Assembly: GCF_018350175.1 (NCBI RefSeq)
Contig: NC_058368.1
Span: 89,282,001-89,346,000 of the forward strand
DNA from: Felis catus
Taxonomy: Eukaryota
DNA length: 64,000 bases
Direction of reading: 5' to 3'
The notes beneath the pieces are model-generated. The model saw only the letters and a program-made list of their open reading frames with translations, had not been told where the DNA came from and ran no database searches. Numbering within the stretch: position 1 is the stretch's first letter; every line of letters begins with the position of its first letter. Made by a program: the position numbers and the translations under genes. Shown here piece after piece: positions 36,712-48,409 of the stretch.

Positions 36712-37147
36712 GGGTGTCTGGGTGGCTCAGTCGGTTAAGCGGCCAACTTTGGCTCAGATCATGATTTCACAGTTTGTGGGTTCAAGCCCTGCATCAGGCT
36801 CTGTGCTGACATCTCAGAGCCTGAAGCCTGCTTCAGATTCTGTGTCTCCTTCTTTCTATGCCTCTCCCCTGCTTGCATTCTGTCCCTCTCAGTCTCTCTC
36901 AAAAGTAAATAAACATTAAAAAAATATTAGGGGCACCTGGGTGGTTCAGTCAATTAAATGCCGGATTTTGACTCAGGTCATGATCTCATGGTTCATGAGT
37001 TCAAGCCCCGCTTCAAACTCTGTGTTGACCGCTAAGAGCCTGTAAACTGCTTGGAATTCTGTGTCTCCCTCTCTCTCTGCCCCTACTCCACTACACTCTG
37101 TCTCTCTGTCTCTCAAAAACAAATAAACATTAAAAAGTGTTAAAAAA
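36712..37147 (+). mobile_element. Two tandem Can-SINEs (36712-36925, 36930-37147)
   Basis: Two successive head / CT region / tail units. Confidence 0.92.
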
Positions 37148-37646
37148 CCCAATTCTCATTCAGTATCAAATGAACATGTGTCAGAGATTTTATGCAATTC
37201 ATTAATTAATGGGAAACTCAAACAGTAAAGGTAGTTCCATGAGCAAAGGGGGTTTATACAGGCCATTAGAAAATTTATTTTGAGAAATCAAAGAATGGAT
37301 TGCTGGGAAGATGGTGGAGTAAGAAGACCCTAAGTTCACCTCGTCCCACGTATACAACTAGATAACACTCACATCAGTGTAAATAACCCAGAAAATGACC
37401 CAAAGACTGGCAGAACAAACTCCACAACTAAATGTAGAGAAGAGGCCACATTGAAGGGGGTAGAAAGGCAAAGACAGAGTGGGAAGTTTAAATGTACCTA
37501 TAGGATTTCCTGCTGGTATAGAGAAGGGAGAGAAACAGACTATCACATCAAGGAACCTACACAGAGAAGATAATTGACATTGAAAAGGAAAGGGGCCAGA
37601 TTATGGAAGTTCTTACAAAGAGCGGGAATTAAAACCTGCAATTTTA

Positions 37647-38635
37647 TTTATTTTTTAATATAACTGTCAAATTGGCTTCCATACAACACTCAGTGCTCAT
37701 CCCAACAAGTGGCCTCCTCAATGCCCATCACCCACTTTCCTCTCTCCCCCACCCCCATCAGCTCTTAGTTTGTTCTTTGTATTGTTCTCTTACAGTTTGC
37801 CTCCCTCCCTCTCTGTTTGTAACTTTTTCCCCTTCCCCTCCCCCATGGACTTCTGTTAAGTTTCTCAGGATCCACATATGAGTGAAAACATATGGTATCT
37901 TTCTCTGACTGACTTATTTCACTTAGCATAATACCCTCCAGTTCCATCCACGTTGCTGCAAATGGCAAGATTTCATTCTTTCTCATTGTCATGTAGTATT
38001 CCATTGCATATATGAACCACATCTTATTTATCCATTCATTAGGCTCTTTCCATATTTTGACTATTGTTAAAAGTGCTGCTATAAACATTGGGGTACATGT
38101 GCTCCTATGCATCAGCACTCTTGTATCCCATGGGTAAATTCCTAGCAGTGCTATTGCTGAGTCATAGGGTAGTTCTATTTTTAATTTTTTGAGGAACCTC
38201 CACACTGTTTGCCAGAGTGACTACACCAGTTTGCATTCCCACCAACAGGGCAAGAGGGTTCCCGTTTCTCCACATCCTCACCAGCATCTATAGTCTCCTG
38301 ATTTGTTCATTTTAGCCACTCTGACCAGCGTGAGGTGATATCTCAGTGTGGCTTTGATTTGTATATTGGGACCTCATGAAAATAAAAAGTTTCTGTACTG
38401 CAAAGGAAACAACCAACAAAACTAAAAGGCAATTCATAGAATGGGAAAAGATATTTGCAAATGACATATCAGATAAAGGGCTAGCATCCAAAATCTATAA
38501 AGAACTCACCAAACTCCACACCCCCCAAAAAAAATAATCCAGTGAAGAAATGGGCAGAAGACATGAATAGACACTTTTCCAAAGAAGACATCCAGATGGC
38601 CAACAGGCACATGAAATGCCGCTCATCATCAGGGA
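37647..38635 (-). mobile_element. 5'-inverted (twin-primed) L1 'F'
   Basis: Minus-strand 3' segment 37647-38364 and plus-strand segment 38364-38635; TSD AAAAC(C/T)TGCAATTTTA (37631-37646, 38636-38651). Confidence 0.92.
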
Positions 38636-38861
38636 AAAACTTGCAATTTTAAAAATCAATGGGCTTGGCTCTGGAAGAAGCAAGAGGGTTAGAGAAAACA
38701 GTCTTGCCCCTAAATAGACAGCACAAAAAATAGCCCATGGAGATGCAGCAAATAAGTCACAGTTTGAAAAACACCTGGGGCATATGGAAGGACATAGTTT
38801 ACACATCTCAGAGCATGTTCTGGAAGGACAGAAATGGTGGGGAGACTCTTGCTGTGATTTT

Positions 38862-39081
38862 TAAAGAATGTTTATTTATTTTGGGGGAGGAGAGAGAGAA
38901 GAGAGAGAGAGCACATATGTATGAGTGGGGGAGGGGCAGAGAAAGAGAATCCCAAGCAGGCTTCACACTGTCAGTGCAGAGCCCTATGTAGGGCTCGCCT
39001 TGAACTCATGAACTGTGAGATCATGACCTGAGCTGAAATCATGAGTTGGGCACTTAACTGACTGAGCCACCCAGGCACCCC
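38862..39081 (-). mobile_element. Can-SINE
   Basis: Reverse SINE; TSD-like CTCTTGCT(G)TGATTTT on both sides. Confidence 0.9.
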
Positions 39082-39428
39082 TCTTGCTTGATTTTGTCTT
39101 GTTATTTCATTTGGTACATGTTCTTCTATCTCTTCATTTTGTCTGAGTCTCTCTGTCTGTTTCTGTGGGTTAGGAAAGTCAGCTAAGTCTCCTGCTCTTT
39201 AAAGTAGTGGCTTTATGAGGATGAGATCTTGTAATGCTCTGAAGTGCAATGCTCCCTGTTAGCCTGAATCTGGCACTTCAGGGATGTGTCCTATGTGTTG
39301 CATGCATCCTGCTGTTGTGGCTGAGCCACTTTTTCCTTCAGTCCAGTCATCTGCAATGGCTCTTTACCTCTGGTGGGCTGTGTGATCCCTGTGGTGTTAG
39401 TGGGCCAATCTAGAACTGCCTTAGGCTT

Positions 39429-39648
39429 GGGGCACCTGGGTGGCTCAGTCGGTTAAGCGGCCGACTTCGGCTCAGGTCATGATCTCGCGGTCCGTGAGTT
39501 CGAGCCCCGCGTCGGGCTCTGTGCTGACAGCTTGGAGCCTGGAGCCTGTTTCAGATTCTGTGTCTCCCTCTCTCTCTCTGACCCTCCCCCACTCATGCTC
39601 TGTCTCTCTCTGTCTCAAAAATAAATAAACGTTAAAAAAATTAAAAAA
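39429..39648 (+). mobile_element. Can-SINE
   Basis: 17-bp TSD AGAACTGCCTTAGGCTT (39412-39428, 39649-39665). Confidence 0.96.
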
Positions 39649-40119
39649 AGAACTGCCTTAGGCTTCAGTTGAGGCAGACCAGGTGTTTGCGAGGTATAGT
39701 AACACCAAACTGCAGGGGGCTTTCTGTGTATTGTCCACTGAGAAGGCTTTCATTGGTGTACAGGGCCCTTGCTGGGGCCTCCATCTGACTGGTGTGTGGA
39801 GATTTTCCCCTCTCCCTGGAGCAGGAGTCTTTTTGGAGTGGTGTTGGCACATGTCAGGCCTACTTGCACATTGCCAAGCTTGTGGTTCGCTTTGGACGGT
39901 CTCTGGTCAAGAGAGTATTGGAGGGGGACCCACAGCACCAGGAGTAAAGCAGGTCTGCTGGAGGAGGTAGATCCACCAAAGCACAGGGAGGATATGTGGC
40001 TGTGTTAGCAAGTTAATGGGTCAGTGAGTGTTGGCACCTAGCTGGTACCCACAGATGGCATGTGTTTATGCTGGGTGGTTGGCGAGAAAAATGGTGCCTG
40101 CCAGCTCCTTTGTTACTCA

Positions 40120-40790
40120 AAAAATACAAAAATACTAATTCAAAGGGATACATGCCCCCCAATGTTTATAGTAGCATTATCTATAATAGCCAAGATATGT
40201 AAATAGCCCAAGGTGTCTGTCAATTGATGAATGAATAAAGAAGACGTGGTTTATATATACAATGGAATACTACTTGGCAATGAGAAAGAATGAAATCTGG
40301 CCATTTGCAGCAGCATGCATGGAACTGGAAGGTAATATGCTGAGTGAAATAAGTATGTCAGAGAAGGACAGATACCATATGTTTTCACTTATGAGTGGAT
40401 CTTGAGAAACTTAATGGAAGACCATGGGGGAAGGGAAAGGGGGGAAAAAGATAATATGCTGAGTGAAATAAGTATGTCAGAGAAGGACAGATATCATATG
40501 TTTTCACTTATGAGTAGATCTTGAGAAACTTAATGGAAGACCATGGGGGAAGGGAAAGGGGGGAAAAAGTAGCTACAAACAGGGAGGGAGACAAACCATA
40601 AGAGACTCTTAAGTACAGAGAACAAACTGAGGGTGGATGGGGAGTGGAGGAGAGGGGGAAACAGGTGATGGGCATTGAGGAGGGCACTTGTTGGGATAAG
40701 CACTGGGTGTTGTATGTAAGTGATGAACCATGGGAATCTACCCCAAAAACCAAGAGCACACTTTACACACTATATGTTAGCCAATTTGAC

Positions 40791-40833
<43 letters not shown>

Positions 40834-41072
40834 TGGAATGCTCTGTGAGAGAGGCAAACCAAGAAACAGACTCTTAACTATAAAGAACAACTGATGGTTA
40901 CCAGAAGGGAGGTAGGTGAAGGGGTTGGGTTAAGTAATGGGAATTAGGAGTGCACTTGTTGTTACCAGCACCAGGTGTTGTACAGAAGTGTTGAATCACT
41001 ATATTGTATACCTGAAACAATATTACACTATATGTTAACTAACTGGGATTTATATAAAAACTTAAAAGAAAA
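40120..41072 (+). mobile_element. L1 3'-end cluster (two nested 3' ends, internal tandem duplication, (CA)n at ~40795-40830)
   Basis: ORF2 C-terminal and 3'UTR sequence of two different subfamily types. Confidence 0.8.
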
Positions 41073-41378
41073 AATGGAGACTCTTTGAGTGGAAAGGAGA
41101 GACCAAAAGTGACAGTATACAGATAGGACACACAAAAACAGTAAAAATCAGTCAGGGAACTCACAGAAGAGGATGTAAAATATACTACATATACCTAAAA
41201 CATGGGGAGAAGAGATAAGAATGGGTTCAAACTTAAATGACCATCAACTTAATATAGACTGCTAGTGCAGAAGAGGTTTTAGACAAACCTAATGGTAACC
41301 ACATATCAAAAAACACTAACAAATATACAAAAATTAAACAGAAAGGAATCCAAATATGTCACTAAAGAAAATCAGCAA

Positions 41379-41576
41379 GGGAGCACCTGGGTGACTCAGT
41401 TGGCTGAGCGTCCAATTCTTGATTTTTGGCTCAGCTCATGATCTCAGGGTTTGTGGGATCAAGTCCTGTGCTGGGCTCTGTGCTGACAGCATGCAGCTTG
41501 CTTGGGATTCTCTCTCTGCCCCTCCCCCACTCTCTCTTTCTATGTCTCTCAAAATGAATAAGCATTAAAAAAAAGA
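41379..41576 (+). mobile_element. Can-SINE
   Basis: Head and tail; TSD-like AGAA(A/G)ATCAGCAA. Confidence 0.9.
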
Positions 41577-41757
41577 AGAAGATCAGCAAAATATGAAAGA
41601 CAAGAAAGGGTCAGAGAAAATCTTCAGGAACAACCACAAAACAAGTAACAAAATGGCAATAAATACATATCTATAAATAATTAACTTGAATTTAAATGGG
41701 CTAAATGCTCCAATCAAAAGACATAGGGTGACAGAATGGATAAAAATACAAAACTCA

Positions 41758-42218
41758 GGGGGCACGTAGGTGGTTCAGTTGGTTAAGCATCTGAGTCTTG
41801 ATTTCAGCTCAGGTCATGATCTCACAGTTCATGGGATCAAGCCCCATGTTGGGCTCTGCACTGACAGCATGGAACTTGCTTGGGATTCTCACTGTTCCTT
41901 TCTCTCTGTCCCTCCCCCATTCATGCTCTCTCTCACAATAAATACATAAATAATTTTTTAAAATACAAGACTTAGGGTGCCTGGGTGGCTCAGTCGGTTA
42001 AGCATCCAACTTCAGCTCAGATCATGATCTCACAGTATGTGAGTTCGAGCCCCACATCAGGCTCTGTGCTGACTGCTCAGAGCCTGAAGCCTGCTTCAGA
42101 TTCTGTGTCTCCCTCTCTCTCTGCCCCTCTCCTGCTCATGCTCTGTCTCTGCCTCAAAAATAAAATAAAAACATTTATAAATAAATAAATAATTGAAATT
42201 AAAAAAAGAGAAAAAAGA
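41758..42218 (+). mobile_element. Two adjacent Can-SINEs (41758-41955, 41975-42218) in L1 H ORF2
   Basis: Two SINE head / CT region / tail units. Confidence 0.9.
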
Positions 42219-43174
42219 AAGTGAGGGGATGAAGAAACATTTATCATGCAAATGGATGTCAAAGGAAAGCCAGGTTAAGAATCTTTATATCAGAAAAATA
42301 GACTTTAAAACAAACACTGTAATAAGAGACACTAAAGGACACTATATAATTATAAAGGGGACAATTCAACAGAAGATATAACAATTATAAATATTTATGA
42401 ACCCAACATGGAAGCACCCAAATATATAAAACTGTTGATAACAAACATAAAGGAACTAATCAATAATAATACAGAAGTAGTAAGGGATGTTTATGCCCCA
42501 CTTACATCAATGGACAGATCATCTAAATAGAAAATCAACAAGGAAGCAAAGGCTTTAAATGACACACTGGACCAGATGGACTTAACAGATATATTCAGAA
42601 TATTCCATCCTAAAACAGCAGAATATGCATTCTTTTCAATTGCACATGGAACAGTCCCCAGAATAGATCACATACTAGGTCACAAACCAGGCCTCAACAA
42701 ATTCATGACAATTGAATCATACCTTACTTCTTTTCTGACCACAATGCTATGAAACGTGAAATCAACCACATGAAAAAATCTGGAAAGACACAAATACGTG
42801 GAGGTTAAATAACATTCAGGAAATCAAATAAAAAATTTAAAAAGTACATGGAAACAAATAAAAACGAAAACACAATGGTCAAAATCATTGGGATGCAGCA
42901 AAACCTGTTCTAAGGGGAAAGTTTATAGCAATACAGGCCTACCTCAAAAGCCACAAAAATTTCGAATAAACAATCTACCCTTACACCTGAAGAAGCTAGA
43001 AAAATAACAACAACAACAAACCCAAAACTGATAGAAGGAAGGATATAATAAAGATTAGGGAAAAATAAATGAAATAGAAACTAAAACAACTATAGAACAG
43101 ATTAATGAAATCAGGAGTTGATTCTTTGAAAAGATTAACAAAATTAGCCAGACTCATTTAAAAAGAAAGAACAA

Positions 43175-43405
43175 GGGGAGCCTGGGTGGCACAGTCGGTT
43201 AAGCGTCCGACTTCAGCCAGGTCACAATCTTGCGGTCCGTGAGTTCGAGCCCCGCATCGGGCTCTGGGCTGATGGCTCGGAGCCTGGAGCCTGTTTCAGA
43301 TTCTGTGTCTCCCTCTCTCTCTGCCCCTCCCCCGTTCATGGTCTGTCTCTCTCTCTGTCCCAAAAATAAATAAAAAACGTTGAAAAAAATTTTTTTTAAA
43401 TAAAT
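43175..43405 (+). mobile_element. Can-SINE (SINEC_Fc type)
   Basis: TSD AAAAAGAAAGAACAA (43160-43174, 43406-43420). Confidence 0.95.
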
Positions 43406-45244
43406 AAAAAGAAAGAACAAAAGAAAGAAAGAAAAAAAAGAAAAGAAAAAGAGAGAGAAAGGATGCAAATACAAAATTACAAATGAATGAGGAGAAATAA
43501 AACCAACACCACAGAAATACAAATAACTATAAGAAAATATTATGAAAAATGATATGCCAACAAACTGGATTACCTAGAAGAAATGGCTAAATTCTTAGAG
43601 ACATATACAGAACTGAATCAGGAAGAAATAGAAAATTTGAACAGACCAACTACCAGCAATGAAATTGAATCAGTAATAAAGAAACTCCCAAAAGACAAAA
43701 GTCCAGGGCCAGACACCTTAACAGGCAATTTCTACCAAGCATTTAAAGAATTAATACCTATTCTTCTCCTCAAACTATTTCAAAAATAGAAGAGGAAGTA
43801 AAGCTTCCAAAAATCATTCTATGAGGTAAGCATTACTCTGATACCAAAACCAGACAAAGACTCAAAAACAAACAAACAAACAAAAAAAAAAACTACAGGC
43901 CAGTATCTCTGATAAGCATAGGTGCAAAAATCCTCAAGAAAATATTAGCAAACCAAATCCAACAATATTTAAAAAATCATTCACTGGGTGTTGTATGGAA
44001 TTGTTGAATCACTGTGTTGTACACCTGAAACTAATATAACATTGTATGTTAACTGTACTGGAATTTTAAAATATAATAAAATAAATAAAAATAAAATCAT
44101 GTTCAAATAAGATTCCATAATATAAAAGTGTTTAATGTCCTATCAGGCAATAAATCAGGCCTTTGCAATCATGTTTTTCACTGGACATAAACCCATAAAT
44201 TAACATGGCCCTCCCCAGTGTTTGGGCTCAAACCAGGTAGTAAATTGCAAACTCAACAATAAATGCAGATGTCTGCATCTGACAGACATCATCACCACTC
44301 AAACCATGAATCCAGACTCAATAACTGCTGCCACCAAAAGGGAATAATTATCTACTATGTCTGCACAGAGCCTGAACCAAACTTGACCAGTAACCAGAAA
44401 TGAAAACAGGACACAAACACACAACACCAGAAAAGAAAGAGACACAGTAAAATAAATTTCTTATGCTTCAGGAAGCATTCTGGGTGCCCACATGACACAT
44501 ACTTGACATACTTGGGTTTAGACAGTCCATGAGGTGCACTTCTTCAGCAAAGTGTATCTGTTCTCTCAAGTGAGTTCACACAAGCAACAAAAATTTTTTA
44601 AAGGTAAAAACCTGAATCTTGTACAAATATAAAATAAATATGTGTCAAAGATTTTATTCAACTTATACTGATTAATGAAGCAAACAATAATATGATAAAG
44701 GTTCAAAAGCACTCGAGAAGTTGGGATTTATAAGCAATCTAATAAAGGAATGATCAAATAAAACTGCAAGGTTAGGTACAAAACTGGTTAATGTCCTCAG
44801 GGTAATTAATTAAATCTTTTCCATCAGACAGAAATTTACAAGTTAATGATGTAAACTCACAGTGCTTGGGCTCTAATCAAATAGTAAATAGCAATGACAA
44901 ACATGGGAATACTCCCCTACGGTATTTATAACTTGGGTGTGAGCCTGTGAAACAATAACATTAAAAGAATATGTATTTATCCTCCAGATTATTTCCAAAT
45001 TTGTGGTAACTTTAACTCAGAATATAGATGATATTTAAAGCCATGAGACTGGGTGAGATAGTTAATGAGCCTTGTGTTGCCTAAAAACAGGACAGTAGGG
45101 GCTCCTGGGTGGCTCAGTTGGTTAGACTCTTAATCAGACTATTAATCTCAGATAAAATCTTGATCTCAGTATTGTGAGTTCAAGCCCTGTGGTGGAATAC
45201 ATAGATAGATAAAAACAGGAATGGTTAAGAAATCCTACCACCCT

Positions 45245-45462
45245 GGGGCGCCTGGGTGGCGCAGTCGGTTAAGCGTCCGATGTCAGCTCAGGTCACGATC
45301 TCGCGGTCCGTGAGTTCGAGCCCCGCGTCTGGCTCTGGGCTGATGGCTCAGAGCCTGGAGCCAGTTTCCGATTCTGTGTCTCCCTCTCTCTCTGCCCCTC
45401 CCCCGTTCATGCTCTGTCTCTCTCTGTCTCAAAAATAAACGTGGAAAAAAAAATTAAAAAAA
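45245..45462 (+). mobile_element. Can-SINE (SINEC_Fc type); a partial SINE lies upstream at ~45098-45195
   Basis: CpG-rich young SINE; TSD AAATCC(T/C)ACCACCCT. Confidence 0.95.
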
Positions 45463-47414
45463 AAAATCCCACCACCCTTTGGGTTTCCAGAAATGGTTAA
45501 GGAGCTAACCACAAAAGACCAATCCTGCTCTCGCACAGTCTAAGATAAAACCTGCCCCTACCCTTCCTTGGTGAACTCCCTAGTTTTATAAACCTTAAGT
45601 TTCCCTCCTCTTCTTTGAGACTTCCCTCATCACCAAATGTTTTCCCTATTACAATAGCTTGAATAAAATCAACTCTTTGAGTGCATTTTGTCTTTGATAA
45701 TCATTTATGGATTAATTATAGTAAAAGAAGAGTCTTTGCTTTGTCTATGAAACACTCCATTCTTTGCCTATATTTCTCCAAATTAATTATTAAAGTAAAT
45801 TACCATGTGCATTTTTAAAAGGTATCAAATCCAAAACATAGGAAAGTATACATAGTGAAAAGTGTGTCTCCTTTTTACTTCTTCCTCCTGCCGCCTGGTT
45901 GACCTCCAAAATCAACCACTATTACAAGTTCCCTTCATACTTTTCAAGAGGTGCAATGTTTTTCACTGTGTGGATGGGCCATAATATATTTTACTGATCA
46001 TCTACTGATAGCCACTTATATAGGGCCCAGTTACCAAATTAGTTTTAAGTTATATAATATTAAGTGTCTTTCTAGTTATACTCTTCATTTTTATCCCTCT
46101 TTTTGCTTTGTCCAAATTTCAATTTGATCCAAAGTCTCCTCTTCCAGGAAACATTCCCTGCTTAAACCCATGTCAACTCATATCTCTCCAGGATTTTACA
46201 CCCCTCAATCATAAGTATCTTGGATGTGTCAACCAGACTATCTATAATCATAGGACCTCTAGACTGGAAGAAAATTCAGATAACAATTTAGCCAAATCCA
46301 TTAAGGCAGGAATTTGCACTACAATCACCCAAGTACATGTTTTACAGTCTTTGCCTCTGCTGGTGATAAGAGATTTCTATTTCATTTTACTTGCATTTCT
46401 TGGCATAGATTTTGTGTCTTTAATTCATTTCCTTGGACAAGGACCAGGTTTTCAATTGAAAAATACCTACTAAATACTTAGGACCCAGAAATGTGGTGAG
46501 TTCTAGGTTACAAAATGTTCCCATAGGATTGCCCTCATGTTCAGACACATGATTCAATTAACTAACTGAAATTAGTTGTAATAATCTCATAACTAGTCTC
46601 ACTGTGCACAACTCCAAACTTAGAAGTTTGTTAAAATAAGGAAATGAGGGAGAGGGAGAGAGAAAGAAACTATGCATGAAAATAGGAGAACAAAGGAAAT
46701 AAGAATCTGGCTTAGGAGGACAAACATCAGAGTTTGAGATAATTTTTGTGTATGCTTGAAATTTTCTTAATAAACAGTTAAAAAGACTCATAGGCCACTG
46801 GGTTTTGCCTTTATCAATTCCTTTCCCACCAAGTTTCCAGTTCAGCTCACTGGGGGACTTTGGGGCACATGTATAGCAAATCTTCATCATAACCAGATCA
46901 ATTTTTTCAATGAATATAAAAATTATTTTACACGTGAAGTTGCAGACTGTTTGTGTTTCAGTTTATTAAAGTAGTTCATTAAAAATTAAAAACCAGGATC
47001 GTATCTGTCATATTCACACTTTACCCCATAATCTGACTTGGAAAACAAACATCTGCCCTTGGGCACTAGGGAAATCAGAGATTTCCCTTCCCTGCTCAGG
47101 AAAACAAGCAGCCAACAGAGGGCAGCAGAGAGCCAAGAATCCAAACAGGCCAGACAATAAATCGTGGGTACCGGTTTGGGGGGGGTGGGGGGGTGGGGGG
47201 GGGAGTTGTTTTTGTTTTTGATTTCGTGAATAAACGCAAATATGGGTCATTTCATCAAAAAAGTAAAGGTGAGATTAGACACAAGAAATAGGATTGTTGG
47301 GTTTTTTGTAAAGCGTTATTATTCACATTAGCCTGCTAGCTAGAGAGGCTTTCGTAGCCATTGGAACTAGGCCTAGAAAAATAAATCTAGTCTTTGGTGA
47401 AAGAAAGAAGAAAA

Positions 47415-47620
47415 GGGAGTCCAGACTATACCATCTTTCCTGTCTTCTTTCCTGGACAAGCTTCCTAGCCTCTCTGTAAATCAGTGTTCTCCTCTGTATA
47501 ATGGGGATAGTAGTACCTACTTCAGAAGGTTGCTCTAGCAGTAATAGGAGTGAAGTCTGTGAAGCACGGGCCCAGTACATAGCAAGACTAGGTGTTAGTT
47601 CTTGCCTATTGTTATTAATC
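47415..47620 (+). mobile_element. MIR relic
   Basis: CTCTCTGTAAATCAGTGTTCTCCTCTGTATAATGGGGATAGTAGTACCTACTTCAGAAGGTTG resembles the MIR core. Confidence 0.7.
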
Positions 47621-48409
47621 TTAGCAAAGGCATGCTGGTAAAGATGGGTGTGGTGGGACTTGGTGTAATGGGCACTTTGAAGGGTAGCAGGAAACATGCA
47701 GGCAGAGAGGATGAGTCACAATTGTTGGAATCTCAAAAGCCAAACCAAGGATCCTGGCCAGGGTAAGCTGGTGAGCAAGGGGCTGGAATGGAGAAACTTC
47801 CAAATGCTGCTGAGAGTTCCTAATGGGATGACCTCTCCTCTCCCCACCCAACAGCCACCATTATTCCTGAGTTTCTTGGGACTACAGTATGTCCACGTAC
47901 CTCCTAAAGACCTACTGTGGTAGCTATCAGAAGTCCACAGGGCTGAAGACCTACTATACCTAGGACAACCTGGCAGGACAATTCTGGGCCTTTCTATGGA
48001 GCAGGCATATTTACTCCCAGCACCCCCCTTCCAGGGCCATTCAGAAAAGTCTAGTCTATTTGGTTCTTTCTGTGTGTGGTCCTGAGCTAGTACCTAAGAG
48101 TTACATACAACCCTTCACATACTATAAAACAAAGTAAAATAAATATCATCCTGCCATTAGCAGCTCAAATTCACCATCCCACAAAGACAACTGCAGGAAG
48201 GAAATGGTGTGAGTCACCCACAAATACTTTAGCCTGTCAGAGTCCCCAAGCTCAGAAGGTTGTAGAGGCTTTGGATAACCACACATAAGGGGCACAGAAT
48301 GGAGAGGCCATTCTAGAAGGAAGGGAAAGTGCTCAGGGGAATAGTGAGGCAAATGGCCAGTCAGCTGAGGTTCCAAATGTGTGAGAAAAGTAGCCAACTG
48401 GGACTGTGG

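Larger units (their letters stand above)
37300..44095 (+). mobile_element. Old, rearranged carnivore L1 'H' (5'UTR, inverted internal block, inter-ORF region, ORF2 from ~41652) hosting many younger insertions
   Basis: 5' end GGGAAGATGGTGGAGTAAGAAGACCCTAAG; ORF2 start ATGGCAATAAATACATATCTA; ORF2 fragment [12 protein letters not shown]...KSPGPD; ends in an L1 3' terminus and A-rich tail. Confidence 0.75.

Noticed and set aside
44130..44830. Possible ERV leader/LTR relic; also an LTR-like piece at ~45490-45700
   Set aside because: No clear termini, TSD or primer-binding site that I could verify by eye.
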